Assembly: GCA_035221665.1 (NCBI GenBank)
Contig: CM069169.1
Span: forward strand, 17,360,001 to 17,424,000
Length of the DNA: 64,000 bases
Direction: 5' to 3'
Origin: Okamejei kenojei
Taxonomy: Eukaryota
Shown here: positions 25,363 through 38,685 of the stretch, piece after piece
Layout of the letters: every line of letters starts with the position of its first letter
How positions within the stretch are numbered: the stretch's first letter is position 1
The notes under the pieces: model-generated
Database searches by the model: none
The model's input: only the letters and a program-made list of their open reading frames with translations
Told to the model about the DNA's origin: nothing
Position numbers and translations under genes: made by a program

Positions 25363-25881
25363 TGGGGGGGGGGAGGGGGGGGAGGGAGGTATGGACTGAG
25401 TGCAGATCAGTGGGATCAACTCAGCTTAGCAACTTGTATGCATGGATGTTGGGCCAACGGGGCTGTTTCCATGCTATATAGCTTAATGTCTGGCTCCAAT
25501 TTGGTTAATTATCTCAATTTCGCCAGCTCTGTATGTTTTTTTAAAAAAAACTGCTTCTGAGATGGCTTCCTCTTTGTCTGACTATATTTCCTTCCCACTT
25601 GGGTTGTGCTCTCATAATTCTTAACCATGCCTGGTCCATTTCCCGCACTTATACTCTCAGCCCTGCTCCCACCTGAACATACCAGCATCATTCTCCATAG
25701 TTTTCATCACCTTCAATGAGATGCCACCTCTAGACATATCTTCTACTCTGAGCATTCCAGTGGGTCACTTATGGAACACTCTGATTTGCTTTTTTTCTTC
25801 TATTTCCATCAACTGCGCGGTTTCTAAAATAAATTGACCACACATCTGCCAGAGATGTGGCACTAACATTTCACCTCTTTC

Positions 25882-27110
25882 AATAGACAATAGGTGCAGG
25901 AGTAGGCAATTTGGCCCTTCGAGCCAGCACCACCATTCAATGTGATCATGACTGATCATCCCCAATCAGTACCCCGTTCCTGCCTTCTCCCCATATCCCC
26001 TGACTTCGCTATTTTGAAGAGCCCTATCTAGCTCTCTCTTGAAAGCATCCAGAGAACCTGCCTCCACCGCCCTCGGAGGCAGAGAATTCCACAGATTCAC
26101 CACTCTCTGTGAGAAAAAGTGTTTCCTCGTCTCCGTTCTAAATGGCTTACTCCTTAGTCTTAAACTGTGGCCCCTGGTTCTGGACTTTCCCCACCATGTT
26201 TCCTGCCTCTAGCGTGTCCAAGCCCTTAACAATCTTATATGTTTCAATGAGATCCCCTCTCACCCTTCTAAATTCCAGAGTGAGCAAGCCCAGCTGCTCC
26301 ATTCTCTCAGCATTTGACAGTCCCGCCATCCCGTGAATTAACCTTGTAAACCTACACTGCACTCCCTCAATAGCAAGAATGTCCTTCCTCAAATTAGGGG
26401 ACCAAAACTGCACACAATACTCCAGGTTTGGTCTCACTAGGGCTCTGTACAACTGTAGAAGGACCTCTTTGCTCCTATATTCGATTCCTCTTGTTATAAA
26501 GGCCAACATGCCACTCGCTTTCTTCACTGCCTGCTGTACCTGCATGTTTACTTTCATAGACTGATGTACAAGGACCCCCAGATCCCGTTGTACTTCTCCT
26601 TTTCTCAACTTGACGCCATTTAGATAGTAATCAGCCTTCCTATTTTTGCTACCTAAGTGGATAACCTCACATTTATGTGCATTAAACTTCATCTGCCATG
26701 CATCTGCCCACTCCCCCAACCTGTCCAAATCACCCTGCATTCTCATAGCATCCTCCTCACAATTCACACTGCCACCCAGCTTTGTGTCATCTGTAAATTT
26801 GCTAATGTTACTTGGAATCCCTTCATCTAAATCATTGATGTATATTGTAAATAGCTGCGGTCCCAGCACCGAGCCTTGCGGTACCCCACTAGTCACTGCC
26901 TGCCATTCTGAAAGGGACCTGTTAATCCCTACTCTTTGTTTCCTGTCTGCCAATCACTTCTCTATCCATGTCAGCACTCTACCCCCAATACCATGTGCCC
27001 TAATTTTGCCCACTAATCTCCTATTTGGGACCTTATCAAATGCTTTCTGAATGTCCAGGTACACTACATCCACTGGCTCTCCCTTGTCCATTTTCCTAGT
27101 TTCATCTTCA
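25882..27110 (-). mobile_element. CR1 LINE, 5'-truncated ORF2 RT region with 3' tail
   Basis: ORFs 26954..27139 and 26147..26953 give VVYLDIQKAFDKVP, VTSGVPQGSVLGPQLFTIYINDLD and KFTDDTKL; (CTATTGT)-type tail. Confidence 0.95.
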
Positions 27111-27166
27111 AAAAATGTCCTAGCATACCATAGATACATTAACTAAAGCTTGTTGCACAGGTTGGA

Positions 27167-27300
27167 AGGGATCAAGGAATATGGGGGGAGAAGCAGGAAT
27201 AGGGTACTGATTTTAGATAATCAGCCATGATCATATTGAATGGCAGTGCTGGCTCGAAGGGCCGAATGGCCTACTCCTGCACCTATTTTTCTATGTTTTT
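27167..27300 (+). mobile_element. CR1 3' end, opposite orientation to the adjacent copy
   Basis: cagccatgatcatattgaatggcagtgctggctcgaagggccgaatggcctactcctgcacctatt. Confidence 0.85.
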
Positions 27301-27328
27301 TCTAATTCAACATGGAAATTGTTGCTAA

Positions 27329-27424
27329 GGTAGACACAAAATACTGGAGTAACACAGCGGGACAAGCAACATCTCTGGAGAGAAGGAATGGGTGAGGTTT
27401 CGGGTCGAGACCCTGCTTCAGACT
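27329..27424 (-). mobile_element. Solo pLTR-derived element
   Basis: ggtagacacaaaatactggagtaac...tttcgggtcgagaccctgcttcagact. Confidence 0.88.
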
Positions 27425-28909
27425 AACTAAGGCATTGTTTAGTTGGCATTTCTAAGCTAGATGGACCATGAGTATTCAAGGCCAATATTCTCAATCTGTA
27501 TTATATTATTAGTGCTACATTTAGTTTGAGTACTCTGAGGCCACTGATATTACTGTCAAAGTTCTGATTCCTATACACTCTCCACTAGAAAGTAAGCAAG
27601 AGTAGATACTGGGTGAATGGAATGCCAACAATTTAGCAGGTGAGGGAATTGAATATATTAGCTAATAATGCAACTTTCCACCGTTCACTATGAGCTTATT
27701 TGTTTTTCCCAGATGTCTTCATTAAAATTTGATGTTATTTTTAATCTTTATTCTAATCTTTAAAAGCAAAATGTCTTCAATGAAGGAAAATGTACTTTTT
27801 ATTGCTAATTATAATGTTCCTATCTATGAGCTACAATAATACAGTTATTTATAAATCTTTTGCAATGTATTTTAATGAGTTTGAACATCTGAGTTAATAT
27901 TAGAGATGCATAGCCTGACATGAAGGCAGGAAAGACTAGGTGAGTATTGCAGGTCAGGAACAGAAATCCAAAGGTTTCTGATTAGCGACTTTCTGAACTG
28001 GTTCTAATGAAATGCCATAGAGCTGAAACAATTGCTTCTCTCTCCACATGTCTGCCTTGATGAATACTGCCAGCATTTTCTGTTAATTTCAGAAATGATT
28101 TCTTGCCAGCATACGAATGTTTTTTTTGACAGCTAAATTGTGACACATCAATTATACGATCCAAGCATGGAAGCCTGTTCCAATTGAAGTATTGGTTGAT
28201 TGCTCAGAGCAGCAGGAAATTTGCATTGAAATGATCTTGCAAATGAAAACACAGGAAAACAACAATCATCAAACTGACTGGTAGACTGTTCATTTTAAAC
28301 AGTGTCATGTTTGCAAAATGTGGGCTAGGAATCATATTTAAATCACAAGGTCTAAATTAATGGTCTTAATTTTATTTTTTTGGAATTCCTTAGATTCTGG
28401 TATGGGCATATCCCATAACAGTGTTTCATGTTTGTTTTTCTCTGCACAATGATAGGATTGGGAATGGTATTGAATGTGTGCTTGTATTGTTCGGTCAGCC
28501 AGGATAGATCTCTGTATGCTGGGACTCGTGCTTCTGATGTATGAATTATTGCTGCTGCAATTTTCTTGACAGCATGTTTATACATGCAACAGAATTGTTT
28601 AAATCTGTTTCGCAGGGTTGAGCATTAGTGCTGTAAACAATTGGCAACATGAGAGTAGTGCAAATTAGCCCACTTAGAATACTGAAAATATTGAATTGAA
28701 ACAAAACACTTGAGTGTGTCTTGCGTGTATGATCTTAGTTTTTATTTTCAAAGTATGAAAGTGACTTGGATGGGAACCTGTGTTCCTGTGCCTCCTGCTT
28801 TTGTCCTGCTTAATGGTACAGGTCATGGTTTTGGAAGTGTTGGAATTTCCTGGGAACATGATGTAGCCATAGTTTTTTTAAGAGATTATGAAGACGATGG
28901 ATCAAAAAT

Positions 28910-29490
28910 TGATATTTTCTGCATGGACTTTAGTAAAGTATTTGACAATGTCCTTCGTGGTAAGCTGATTCAGAAGATTAAGTCGTTTGTTATCCTCAAT
29001 AAGTTGGTAACTGGGATACTAAATAGGCTTGGTCAAAGAAAACAATGTGACTGTTGGTCTAGAGTTGCACAAGGATTTGTGCTAGGACCTGATGTTTATA
29101 AATGACTTCAACCAAAATTTAGAGGAGTTTATTAGTAAGTTTGTAGAAAACACAAAGATTGATTGGATTGAGGACAGTGACGAAATCTGTTCAAGAATAG
29201 CAGGATAAAGATCAGTTACTGATGTGGACTAAGAAATGATAGATGGAGTTAATCTGGGCAGGTGTGATGCATGGCACTTTGGGAGGTCAAATGTAAGGAG
29301 AAAGTATGCTGTTGATGGCAGGACCATGAACATTATTGATGTAGAGAGGGATCTTGGGTCTAAATCCATAGCTCCCTCCATATGGTGGGCCATTGATTAT
29401 TAAATTTGAGAAGTCGTGTTGTAGCAAGCTAACTTTGGGTAGGCTAGCTTTGGAGTAATATGTGCAGTTCTGGTTATCACATTACAGGAA
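28910..29490 (+). mobile_element. Old CR1 RT fragment
   Basis: DIFCMDFSKVFDNV.RGKLIQKIK and VAQGFVLGP in ORF 28710..29105. Confidence 0.75.
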
Positions 29491-29554
29491 GATAATTTTC
29501 ATGCAGCTTGGTTCCAGACTGGAAGTACTCCATTGCATGACTGTACATCACAGC

Positions 29555-29650
29555 TCTGAAGAAGGGTCCTGAAACAAAACACCAACCCTCCCATGTTCTC
29601 CAGAGATACTGAATGATCTGCTGAGATACTCCAGCACTGCTGTTCTTTGT
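29555..29650 (+). mobile_element. Degenerate pLTR-derived element
   Basis: ctctgaagaagggtcc...ctccagagatactg..ctgctgagatactccagcac. Confidence 0.7.
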
Positions 29651-31769
29651 GTTTTCAGGCGAACCCTAACGGGAATCCCTGAATCATAATCCAGGGAAGT
29701 GCTGGAACATACCTGCCTGCACCTAGCTATAAACCAAACGCCAAAAAACTAACCCGGTGAAGCATGGAAGATGCCCACCTGAACCTTAGTGGCTAAATGC
29801 ATTGCAAGCACCCTTTAGACGGTGCCTGGAGACCTAGGAGCTGGCAAATCCTGCCTACTGCACGATCCTGTGCCACAATTGTGCGGGAAAATCGCACATA
29901 TGCACTCAGTAGAAGATGCCTCCAGTAATGTAGAAGCTAGGAAATCCAACCCTTTGCACTTTTCCAGTCACCCGTTAGCCAAGGTAACTCCCCTATACTC
30001 ACCCGGTAGAAGGCGTGTCCAGTCCTGCAGAAGCCAGCAAATGCAATCACCTGCACTCCTCCGGTCTCTTGTGGCCCGGAAAAATCACTCTTCACTCGTA
30101 CGCAACCAGCAGAAGGAGCCTGCAACCCCACATGTTCAGCCACAGCAGCCCTTTCAACACCTCAGCACACCTGACACTCCGTGTTCAAAAGATAATTACA
30201 CCTTTACGGTATCAGTACTTTCAAAAGCTACATGCTACTATTAAGCCCCCAGCATTCATCAAAGCCAAGGTGCAGACTGGAAAAATAATACTCCAAAATT
30301 AAAGCATGCTAATGCAATGCATGATGGCGTTAAGTTAGGTATACCTGTATTTGATCAAGCCTAATGTCGTCTCTCAGCAGATAAGAAATATCTTTGACAT
30401 AGTATTGGGGTACATTTACACCTGCCGTAGTTAGCTGGGGGCAGTAACCGCCATTACATTAGCTGGCCCCCATACTGTGTTTCTACGGCTGGAAATTATA
30501 TTTCCATCTATCCAAAACCTTTTAATAAAATTCTATCGATCATAAAGTTGCTGCTTAACAGCTGTACATTAGTTTGTGTTTGGCACCAGGGAAATAAAAA
30601 GGGGGGGGGGGGGAGAGAGAGAGAGGCAGTAGAATATATAAACCACACAAATTACCGAAGGAGAACACAGTTGGAGCATTCCATCACCTTCAGGCAGCTT
30701 TTATTCAAGAGCAGGGTAAACATGAAGACGCTAATAAAAGCCAATTGCAGTAAGTTGAGAGCCAGAGGATCCAAGACACTGAATGGGTGCTTTGGCCTTG
30801 GCATATTCACTCCACCTGATGCACAGCAGGTTGGAAGAAATGCCAAGATCCTACCTAAAATAAAGGGAGATGTGAGCTTATCGTCAACGTCCTGCCATTT
30901 ATCTTATATTCTGCCTGTTCCTTGCAGGATCCCTCTCCCACTCCTAGTTCTCTCCCGACCAAATGCACTTTGATGAAACTCAGAGGAGAGTTTTTCGTAT
31001 TTCTTTTAAGTTCTTTTCTTATTGTTCTCGTTCCGCTGTTCCTTCATTTTTCCTGTAGTTAATTTTTGAGTTACTTCACTGAGTATATGCAAGACAGAAA
31101 TCAGGAATCAAAGACTATAGGGTTAGTGTTAGCTAGTACTCAAGGTAAGATATCAGCCACAATCTTATCAAATGTCATAGGAAGAGTGAAGGTCTGAAGG
31201 ACCTAAAGTTCTTAGATAGTACACTTTGTTTACTACTGAGGATCATTGGAGCATTCGCCCAAAGAAAAACATCATCATGAAACCCTCCACGAGAATTCCA
31301 AAAATTCCAGATCTGTTTCTTTGTTGATTCCTCAACATACTGATTGTGAAAACATCCTCAACACTTTCAATGCTAATTTTAATCTTCCGTAGTTTTTTGG
31401 AACTAAAACAGTACTTGTGGCAAACAATCCGCTACAAATACAGAGAGACATAAAACTGATGCCGAATCAGAACAGAAAGATGAAACCATCCTTTATATCA
31501 AAGGAAACTCAGAGAACATCTTAGTTAAGAACAGTAAAGTGTGCTCTGATCTGTTACCAGTCTCATGACTGACATGAAAGTGGTTACAGTGACAGCATTA
31601 ACCAAGACCTAATGCTAGGGGGAGGGTTGGGGTTTCACTGTTATAAATTGAACTGCGTGCATTAAATGGAAGAAGATGCTAAAATCAAAGGGGTGAACGT
31701 TTACAAGAAAATTATACTGAAGAAAAATAAAGTTAGTTTAATTGTTCAATGTTATGAGTATTTGTAACA

Positions 31770-31870
31770 CATGGGAACTTACAAACTTCATATAGACAGC
31801 ACCCTTAGTGAGGATCGAACCTGAGTGTCTGGTGGTGTAAAGCAGTAGCTCTATGGCTGCGCTACTGGGC
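31770..31870 (-). mobile_element. HE1-like SINE 5' fragment
   Basis: acaaacttcatatagacagcaccc.tagtgaggatcgaacctgagt..gcagtagctcta..gctgcgc. Confidence 0.6.
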
Positions 31871-32544
31871 TACTCAATTTGAGTATATTTGAGATTGGTT
31901 GAAAAGTGCAGTTCCAAAAAAAATCTGTTAATCACTTTTGTATAATGCTGATCATGCTTTTACTTAATGCCGGTTGATTCTCCCACCAGTGTGAACTTAG
32001 TATAAGTACATTAACACTGATTAATGTAAATCTGGAAATTTGAGTGGACTCGGAAGTGGGTAGCTCTCATTTTAGTTGCAACCATTCAGTCTCTACTTGG
32101 CTGCAATCATGGGAACCTTTCTTAAGGTCAGAGGATGAAATGCAACATGGACTTTGATTAAGAGTAGCTTTAAATGAAAATCTTAATGTCATCAACTCCA
32201 TGGATCATCTCCAGAAGCTACCATCTCCTTCCCTCTGTTTTTGTACCTGGTGGCATAATCTTCCAGCCTGGTTTCTACATTCACACAACCTGTGGTATTG
32301 GTTATCTCCCTTACTTCTCTTTAATCCTGATGGCATCTTCATAGTAAGATGTTGCCTACAATACTCAATGCTGGACAGGCCACAGCATCTTACCACATTG
32401 GAAATGCCGAAGGTCATTCTTTCAGGATTTTCTAAACTGCTATGTTCCCCCTTCAAACTAACAAACTTTGGCATTCTATTTCATTCTAGAGTGCCATTTT
32501 AAACTACTCATATAAGACTGCTGTGGTCAGTTACACAATATTGT

Positions 32545-33152
32545 TCTTGGGGGCAAAGAGGTCCTTCTGCAGTTGTACAGGGTCCTGGCGAGACCACACC
32601 TGGAGTATTGTGTGCAGTTTTAGTCTCCAAATTTGAGGAAGGACATTCTTGCTATTGAGTGAGTGCAGTGTAGGTTCATGAGGTTAATTCCCGGGATGGC
32701 TGGACTGTCATATGTTGAAAGAACAGAACGACTGGGCTTGTATACACTGGAATTTAGATGGATGAGAGGGGATCTTATTGAAACATATAAGATTATTAAG
32801 TGATTGGACAAGCTAGAGGCAGGAAACACGTTCCTGATGTTGGGGGAGTGCAGAACCAGGGGCCACAGTTTAAGAATAAGGGGTAGGCCATTTAGAACAG
32901 AGATGAGGAAAACCTTTTTCATCCAGAGAGTTGTAAATCTGTGGAATTCTCTGATTCAGAAGGCAGTGGAGGCCGAATCTCTGGATGCTTTCAAGAGAGA
33001 GTTAGATCAAGCTTTTAAAGATAGCGGAGTCAATGGATATGGTAAGAAGGCAGGAACGAGGTACTGAATATGGATGATCAGCCATGATTACAGTAAATGG
33101 CGGTGCTGGCTTGAAGGGCCGAATGCCCTACTCCTGCACCTATTGTCTATTG
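32545..33152 (+). mobile_element. CR1 LINE 3' fragment
   Basis: agaccacacctggagtattgtgtgcagttt, RTRGHSLRIRGRPFRTEMRK..VVNLWNSL and the tail cctattgtctattg. Confidence 0.92.
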
Positions 33153-33479
33153 CCTATAACCCACAGAGCAGTGTAATCAGTTGTTGGAGATATTGTAGCC
33201 ATTTTTATTCTCGTTCACTGTCCACATTTGAGAATTTGCAGTATTTAACAGTAAAGAAAATGAAACTGTTGGGCACCAAGACCTTTGCCATAGTCCCAAT
33301 CCTAACTTCACACAAAGAAATAGAACCCGCTGCCTTCCTTATCTTAAAGTTTGGAAACTTCTGAGCGAAAGAAGAATAATTACATGATCCAACTTGTGTA
33401 ATATTCACACATTTTAAATTATTGTATGTTAAGTGCAAGTTGCCGTATAATAGACCAAATGATGTAAGATGATGTTCAA

Positions 33480-34070
33480 GAAGATCTTAACTTGAAGATG
33501 TAATATATTGAAGTACCTGCAGCATGTCAATCTTTGGCCAAAATCCTTCTACAGATGCACCATAAAAAAACAGTTTATGGGGATGCATTACACCTTGGTT
33601 TGGCACAGCTCTTCACAAGATTGCAAGAAGTTGCAGTCGTGGATGTATCCCATTCTATTACCCAAACCTTCTTCCCACTGTCAACTCCATCTACATTTTG
33701 TGCTACCTCAAAAAAGCAGCCAACATAATCAAATACTATTTTACCCCAGTCATGCTCTCCTCTTCCCTCTCCTGTAAAGCAGGTTACAAAAGCTTGAAAG
33801 CATGTACCACCAGATTCAGTAATAGCTTCTTCCCAGCTTATATCAGACTACTGAACAATCCTTCCATAAATTCGATTGCAGTCCTGATCTCCTCATTGTG
33901 GACCTTGCTCTTTTTAATATCTGTACCGCTATATATTCTGCACTCTGGCAATTGTACATGTGTATGGCTTGAATGTGCTATTGTATAGTATGATTTGACT
34001 GGGTAGCATGCAAACAGATCTTTTAATTGCATCTTGCTGTTTGTGACAATAATAAAACAATATCAATATT
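33480..34070 (+). mobile_element. Rex1/Babar-like LINE 3' fragment
   Basis: SLKACTTRFSNSFFPAYIRLLN; tail tgtgacaataataaaacaatatcaata. Confidence 0.65.
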
Positions 34071-35179
34071 TTCCTTGTGATTTCAATAAATTGCTCATAT
34101 TTGCACCTTTGGGTCGTCGATTAAATTATTTCACAGTTGCACAGTTTGAAAGTGTATTCTAACTGAATGTTGTACTGATAAAGCAAGTGTTAGCTATTTA
34201 TTATGAAATATAGTTGATGCAGGACTTTTAAAAGATGCTGCAGAAAACAATTTCAATAAATCAATGTAGTTTGTAGAAGCAGCTTTAACCAGTTACTTTT
34301 TACACCTGAGGTGGAAAGGGTGCATGTCAGATAACCATTTTTGCTCCATATAGTTTGAAGGGAAATCATGAACATTAATTAGGAAGCAGTGTCAGCATTC
34401 CTAACATGCTTTGGTATGCATCATTCACATAGAGAATAGAATGTGCACAATCCAGTTTAGGCTGACCAAAGATGATGTGCTGGTGCGGACTACCTCATTG
34501 CAATATTTCAAATTCACTACCAGGCAGGGAAAAGCTGTTCTGATCTTATCCTCAGTGGATTTTCCAGCGTGTTGTATATTTTTCAGAAATAGATTAATAT
34601 TTTGGTCAGAATGTATGAACATCATAATCAGGAGGAAGAGCAGCCTACGCTGCTATTCAGTCAGGTCATGGCCTACCTAGGCTTGGCATCAATTCCATTC
34701 TGCTTCCCTCTCATCATACCTTTGACTTGTCTTTTAATTGTCTGTCAATATATTCAATGACTTCACCTCCACGACTGTCAAAGAGAATTCCAAAGATTTG
34801 CAACTTGAGAGAAGGAAGTCCCTCTCATCATCTCTGTCTTAAATGGTTGGCCTCTTTTTCTAAACCTGGGCCCCTGGTTCTTGATAACTCAACTGGGGGA
34901 AATGTTATCCCATACACCCTGAGTATCATGTTTTTCAGTAAAATCTCTTATCTCAACAGAGCATACGTTCTTCATGCGTCAATTTTATTTCAGCCCAAGA
35001 CTCATGATGCTGAACCTTCCATTCAATGAAGGTATATAACATCTTAAATGCGGAGAACATACCACTTACGGTATTCTGGGTGAGGTTTTGCCTGTTTGGT
35101 AAAATTTTGCAGCAAATCTCCCTTCTTAAATGCTCCGTACATTCTATAATAATGTATGTCATCCATCAGAATTCAGAAT

Positions 35180-36020
35180 TACCTCCTTTGCCTTCTGAGG
35201 AAATGAAGGCATTAGGGTGCTTTTTGGCTGTGGTATCAGTTGATCCAGGACAAATTGTTGCCCCAGAAATTGAAGCTCTCAGCCATTTCCACTTCAACAC
35301 CATTGCACGTTGATGTGTGTATACTACTCTGCTTCCTAAAGTCATTGATTAGCTTGTTTTTTTTATTTTACTTCGAGGGAGAGGTTCTTGTTGTGACAAT
35401 CTTTCTGTACTTGTAATTGTTTGAGATATGCCCCACGCAAGTGATGCCATCTGCAAACTTTTGTAATGGGAGTTAGGGCAGAGTTGAGCTGCGCAATCAT
35501 GCGTGTATATATCCTTATGGGGCACTCGTGTTGAGAATTATTGTGGAGGAAAGTTTGTCGTCCTTCCTCACTGACTGCAATCTGTGGGTCGGGACGTGAA
35601 CCATCCATTTACAGAGGAGGATGCTGAGTTCTAGGTCCAAGAGGTTGGATTTGGTTTTGTATGGAACTATGATGTTGAAGACAGGATGATAGTCAAGAAA
35701 CAGGACGTAGGTGTCCTTGTTATCTAGGTGTTCCACGGGTGAGTGTAGGGCCAGAGAAATGGTGTCTAGTTTGGGCCAGTTTTAGCAGTTGGCAAATTAC
35801 AGTGGATGAGGGCTGTTGGAGGCTGGAGTTGATGTGCGCCATGACCAGTCTCTCGAAGCACTTCATGATGGCAGATGTCAGAACCATCTGTCTGAAGTTT
35901 AAGCATGTTACTTTGTTTTTTGTTGGCATTAGAATAATAATGGTCTCTTGAAAGCATTTGGGAACCAGATTGGAGGAGGGGGAAATTAAAGATGCGCAAA
36001 AATACTCCCAGCAGCTGGTC
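35180..36020 (-). mobile_element. Rex1/Babar-like LINE RT fragment
   Basis: VPKCFQETIII..KNKVTCLN, LTSAIMKCFERLVMAHINSSL and EHLDNKDTYVLFLDY..FNIIVP. Confidence 0.8.
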
Positions 36021-37052
36021 CAGTCAGTTTCCGAGTACATTACACGCACAACTTCCATCTTGTTATCAACCTAAATAATTGCACTGACATCTTTACCTTT
36101 GTGCTCAAATCTTTTGGGATTAAGGTCAACATATCATTTGCCTTTTTAATTGCTTGGTGCATCTGCATGTTAGTCTTCATTGTCACGGACCCTACAGCAG
36201 TGGTTCAGACAGGTGCTCACCACCACCTTTGCAGCGATTTAGTAATGGCTGATAAATGCTCACCTTTGCATGCAAGTCAGATCTTGAAGAATTGAAGAGA
36301 AAAAATATGTAGACTACCACCATCACTACCATCACTTCATCTGTTCGTCAGCAAATGTACCCTGTTTGGCTCTCAACAACAAATAAGGCAATTGACATTG
36401 CGTTGGCTTACTGTTTTGTAACTGAAGAGACACTCTTTTTGGCCATAGGTTTATCAGTCACTGCTTCTATATGGGGAAATGCTGAATTGTCTCCAGCACT
36501 TGCAGCAAAGGAACGTGGCATGTGATGAGTGGGTATATCAGATTGATGAATACTGATTTCTTACTTGATTTCTGTGGCAATAAGCTGAACTACTTTGAGC
36601 AGTATGGGCGTGGGACTAACATCAGAAATTCAAATATTTGTTTAAACAAGTCGAGGCATTGTACTTGAGTTAAACAATGGAAAACAAGTTAAAGCCAGAT
36701 TAAATATCACTTGGTGACTGGATTTTGACATAATTAATTCCATTGGTATGCATAGTTAGTGTACACAAATCAGAAATCATTGCTACAGTATAACTTAGAA
36801 CATTCTGAAGGTTAGGTCTGAGAAACTGCCACGGTATTGATTCTGATGCTTTCAATAATTGACATTTACAAAACCATCCCTGTGACGTTTTCAATCAACT
36901 TCTTCCCCCTCAGTTGTTGCCATCCAGAATGCTCTGTGGAATGCAGCATAATGTTTAGAGCACTGTACTTTTATTACAGCAGATACATGAACCATCAAAG
37001 ATGATTGTATGAGATTCTTATTGTTTACTCAGGCATATTTACTGCTGGAAAA

Positions 37053-37640
37053 GGTAGATACAAAATGCTGGGGTAACTCAGCGGGACTGGCAGAGTTACT
37101 TTCTGGAGAGAAGGAATCAGTGACGTTTTGGATCGAGACTCTTCAGACTGATGTCAGGGGAGTGGGCTGAAAAGAGATAGAATGTAGTCGAAGACAGTAA
37201 GACGTGGGAGAACTAGGAAGGGGGAGGGGATGGAGAGAGAGGGAAAGCAAGGACTATTTGAAGTTGGAGAAGCCAATGTTCATACCGCTGGGGTGTGAGC
37301 TACCCAAGCGAAATATGGGGTGCTGTTCCTTCAATTTCCAAATACCGCTGGACAATTTGCCTGGTTTGGTTATTTTGTTGGTATTCATTCCCTTGGGTAA
37401 ATATTTCAAAATTCTACAGACGTATAGAAATACAGAGGGTACACAAAAGGCTGGAGAAACTCAGCGGGTGCAGCAGTATCTAAGGAGCGAAGGAGATAGG
37501 CGACGTTTCAGGTCGAGACCCTTCTTCAGATGCTGGTTTACAAAAAAAGTAATTCAGAAGAAGGGTCCCGACCTGAAACATCACCTATCCGTGTCCTCCA
37601 GAGATGCTGCCTGACCCAAAGATCCAGCACTTGGAGTCCT
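37053..37640. mobile_element. Cluster: pLTR plus Penelope 3' fragment (37053-37345), second pLTR with intact hammerhead core (37438-37530, minus strand), third pLTR in opposite orientation (37555-37640)
   Basis: Homologous to 1460-1860 and 10600-10691. The minus strand at 37502-37529 reads CUGAAGA-a-gggucucgaccu-GAAAC-GUC. Confidence 0.85.
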
Positions 37641-37944
37641 TTTTTTCCAAAATACTAGCCCATTGTAATATTATTTCTGTTGTAACCCTTTTGAGACATT
37701 ATCTTCCACCATAATATAGTGAATGCTTCAATCCCTACTTTTCTCTGTTCAATGATGAAGTTAAGAGTTCCTGGTCACTGAGAATTCCTCATTGTGATTA
37801 ACCAGCTTGTCTACCTGATGGTGTTGCCGTTGTTAAATGAAGACCTGTCATCCATGATTTGTCACCTGATAACCAATGTAAGGAATTCATGCCAGAGATA
37901 ATGACAGATCTTTACAATCCAAGTCAGCACTAAATACCATCGAC

Positions 37945-38086
37945 GGTAGACACAAAATGCTGGAGTAACTCAGCGGGATAGGCAGCATCTCTGGAGAGAA
38001 GGAGATGCTGCCTGTACCAATGAGTTACTCCAGCATTTTGCATCAACCTTCGATTTAAACCAGCATCTGCAGTTCTTTCCTATACA
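37945..38086. mobile_element. Fold-back pLTR-derived element with 10-bp flanking repeat
   Basis: caaaatgctggagtaactca..ggcagcatctc pairs with gagatgctgcc..tgagttactccagcattttg; taaataccat at 37931 and 38090. Confidence 0.85.
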
Positions 38087-38194
38087 TCGTAAATACCATT
38101 GTTTCATTACTGACAACAAGAGTTATTTGAGGCTTACATTTTGCAATCATTCCTCCCCCTTGAACTCCCATCCCTTCTTTCTCTCCACAATCGA

Positions 38195-38685
38195 CAAGAA
38201 TGATCCCAGGAATGGCAGGGTTAACTTATGATGAGCGTTTGACGGCACTGGACCTGTACTTGCTGAGGTTTAGAAAAATGAGGGGGGGGGGAACCTCATT
38301 GATATGCACCGATTAGTGAAAGGCTCGGATAAAGTGGATGTAGAGAGGATGTTTCCACATGTGGGAGAGTCTAGGACAAGAGGGCATTGCCTCAGAATTA
38401 AAGAACGTTCCTTGAGGAAGGAGATGAGAAGGAATTTCTTTTGACTAAACTGTGGAGGGTGGTGAATCTGTGGAATTCTTTGCCACAGAAGGCTGTGGAG
38501 GCCAAGTCAATGGATATTTTTTAAAGCAGAGATATATAGACAGACACCCTACGGGCATCAGGGATTATGGGCAGAAGGTAGGAGAATGGGGTTAGGAAGG
38601 AGAGATAAATCAGATGTGATTGAATGGCAGAGTAGTCATGATGGGCCGAATGGCCTAATTCTGCTCCTATCATTTATGACCTATG
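38195..38685 (+). mobile_element. CR1 3' fragment
   Basis: gggtggtgaatctgtggaattctttgccacagaaggctgtggaggccaagtca ... gggccgaatggcctaattctgctccta. Confidence 0.85.

Noticed and set aside
26147-26953. Functional reverse transcriptase gene
   Set aside because: 5'-truncated CR1 with a stop, a deletion and no endonuclease domain. The antisense ORFs over CR1 copies are shadows.
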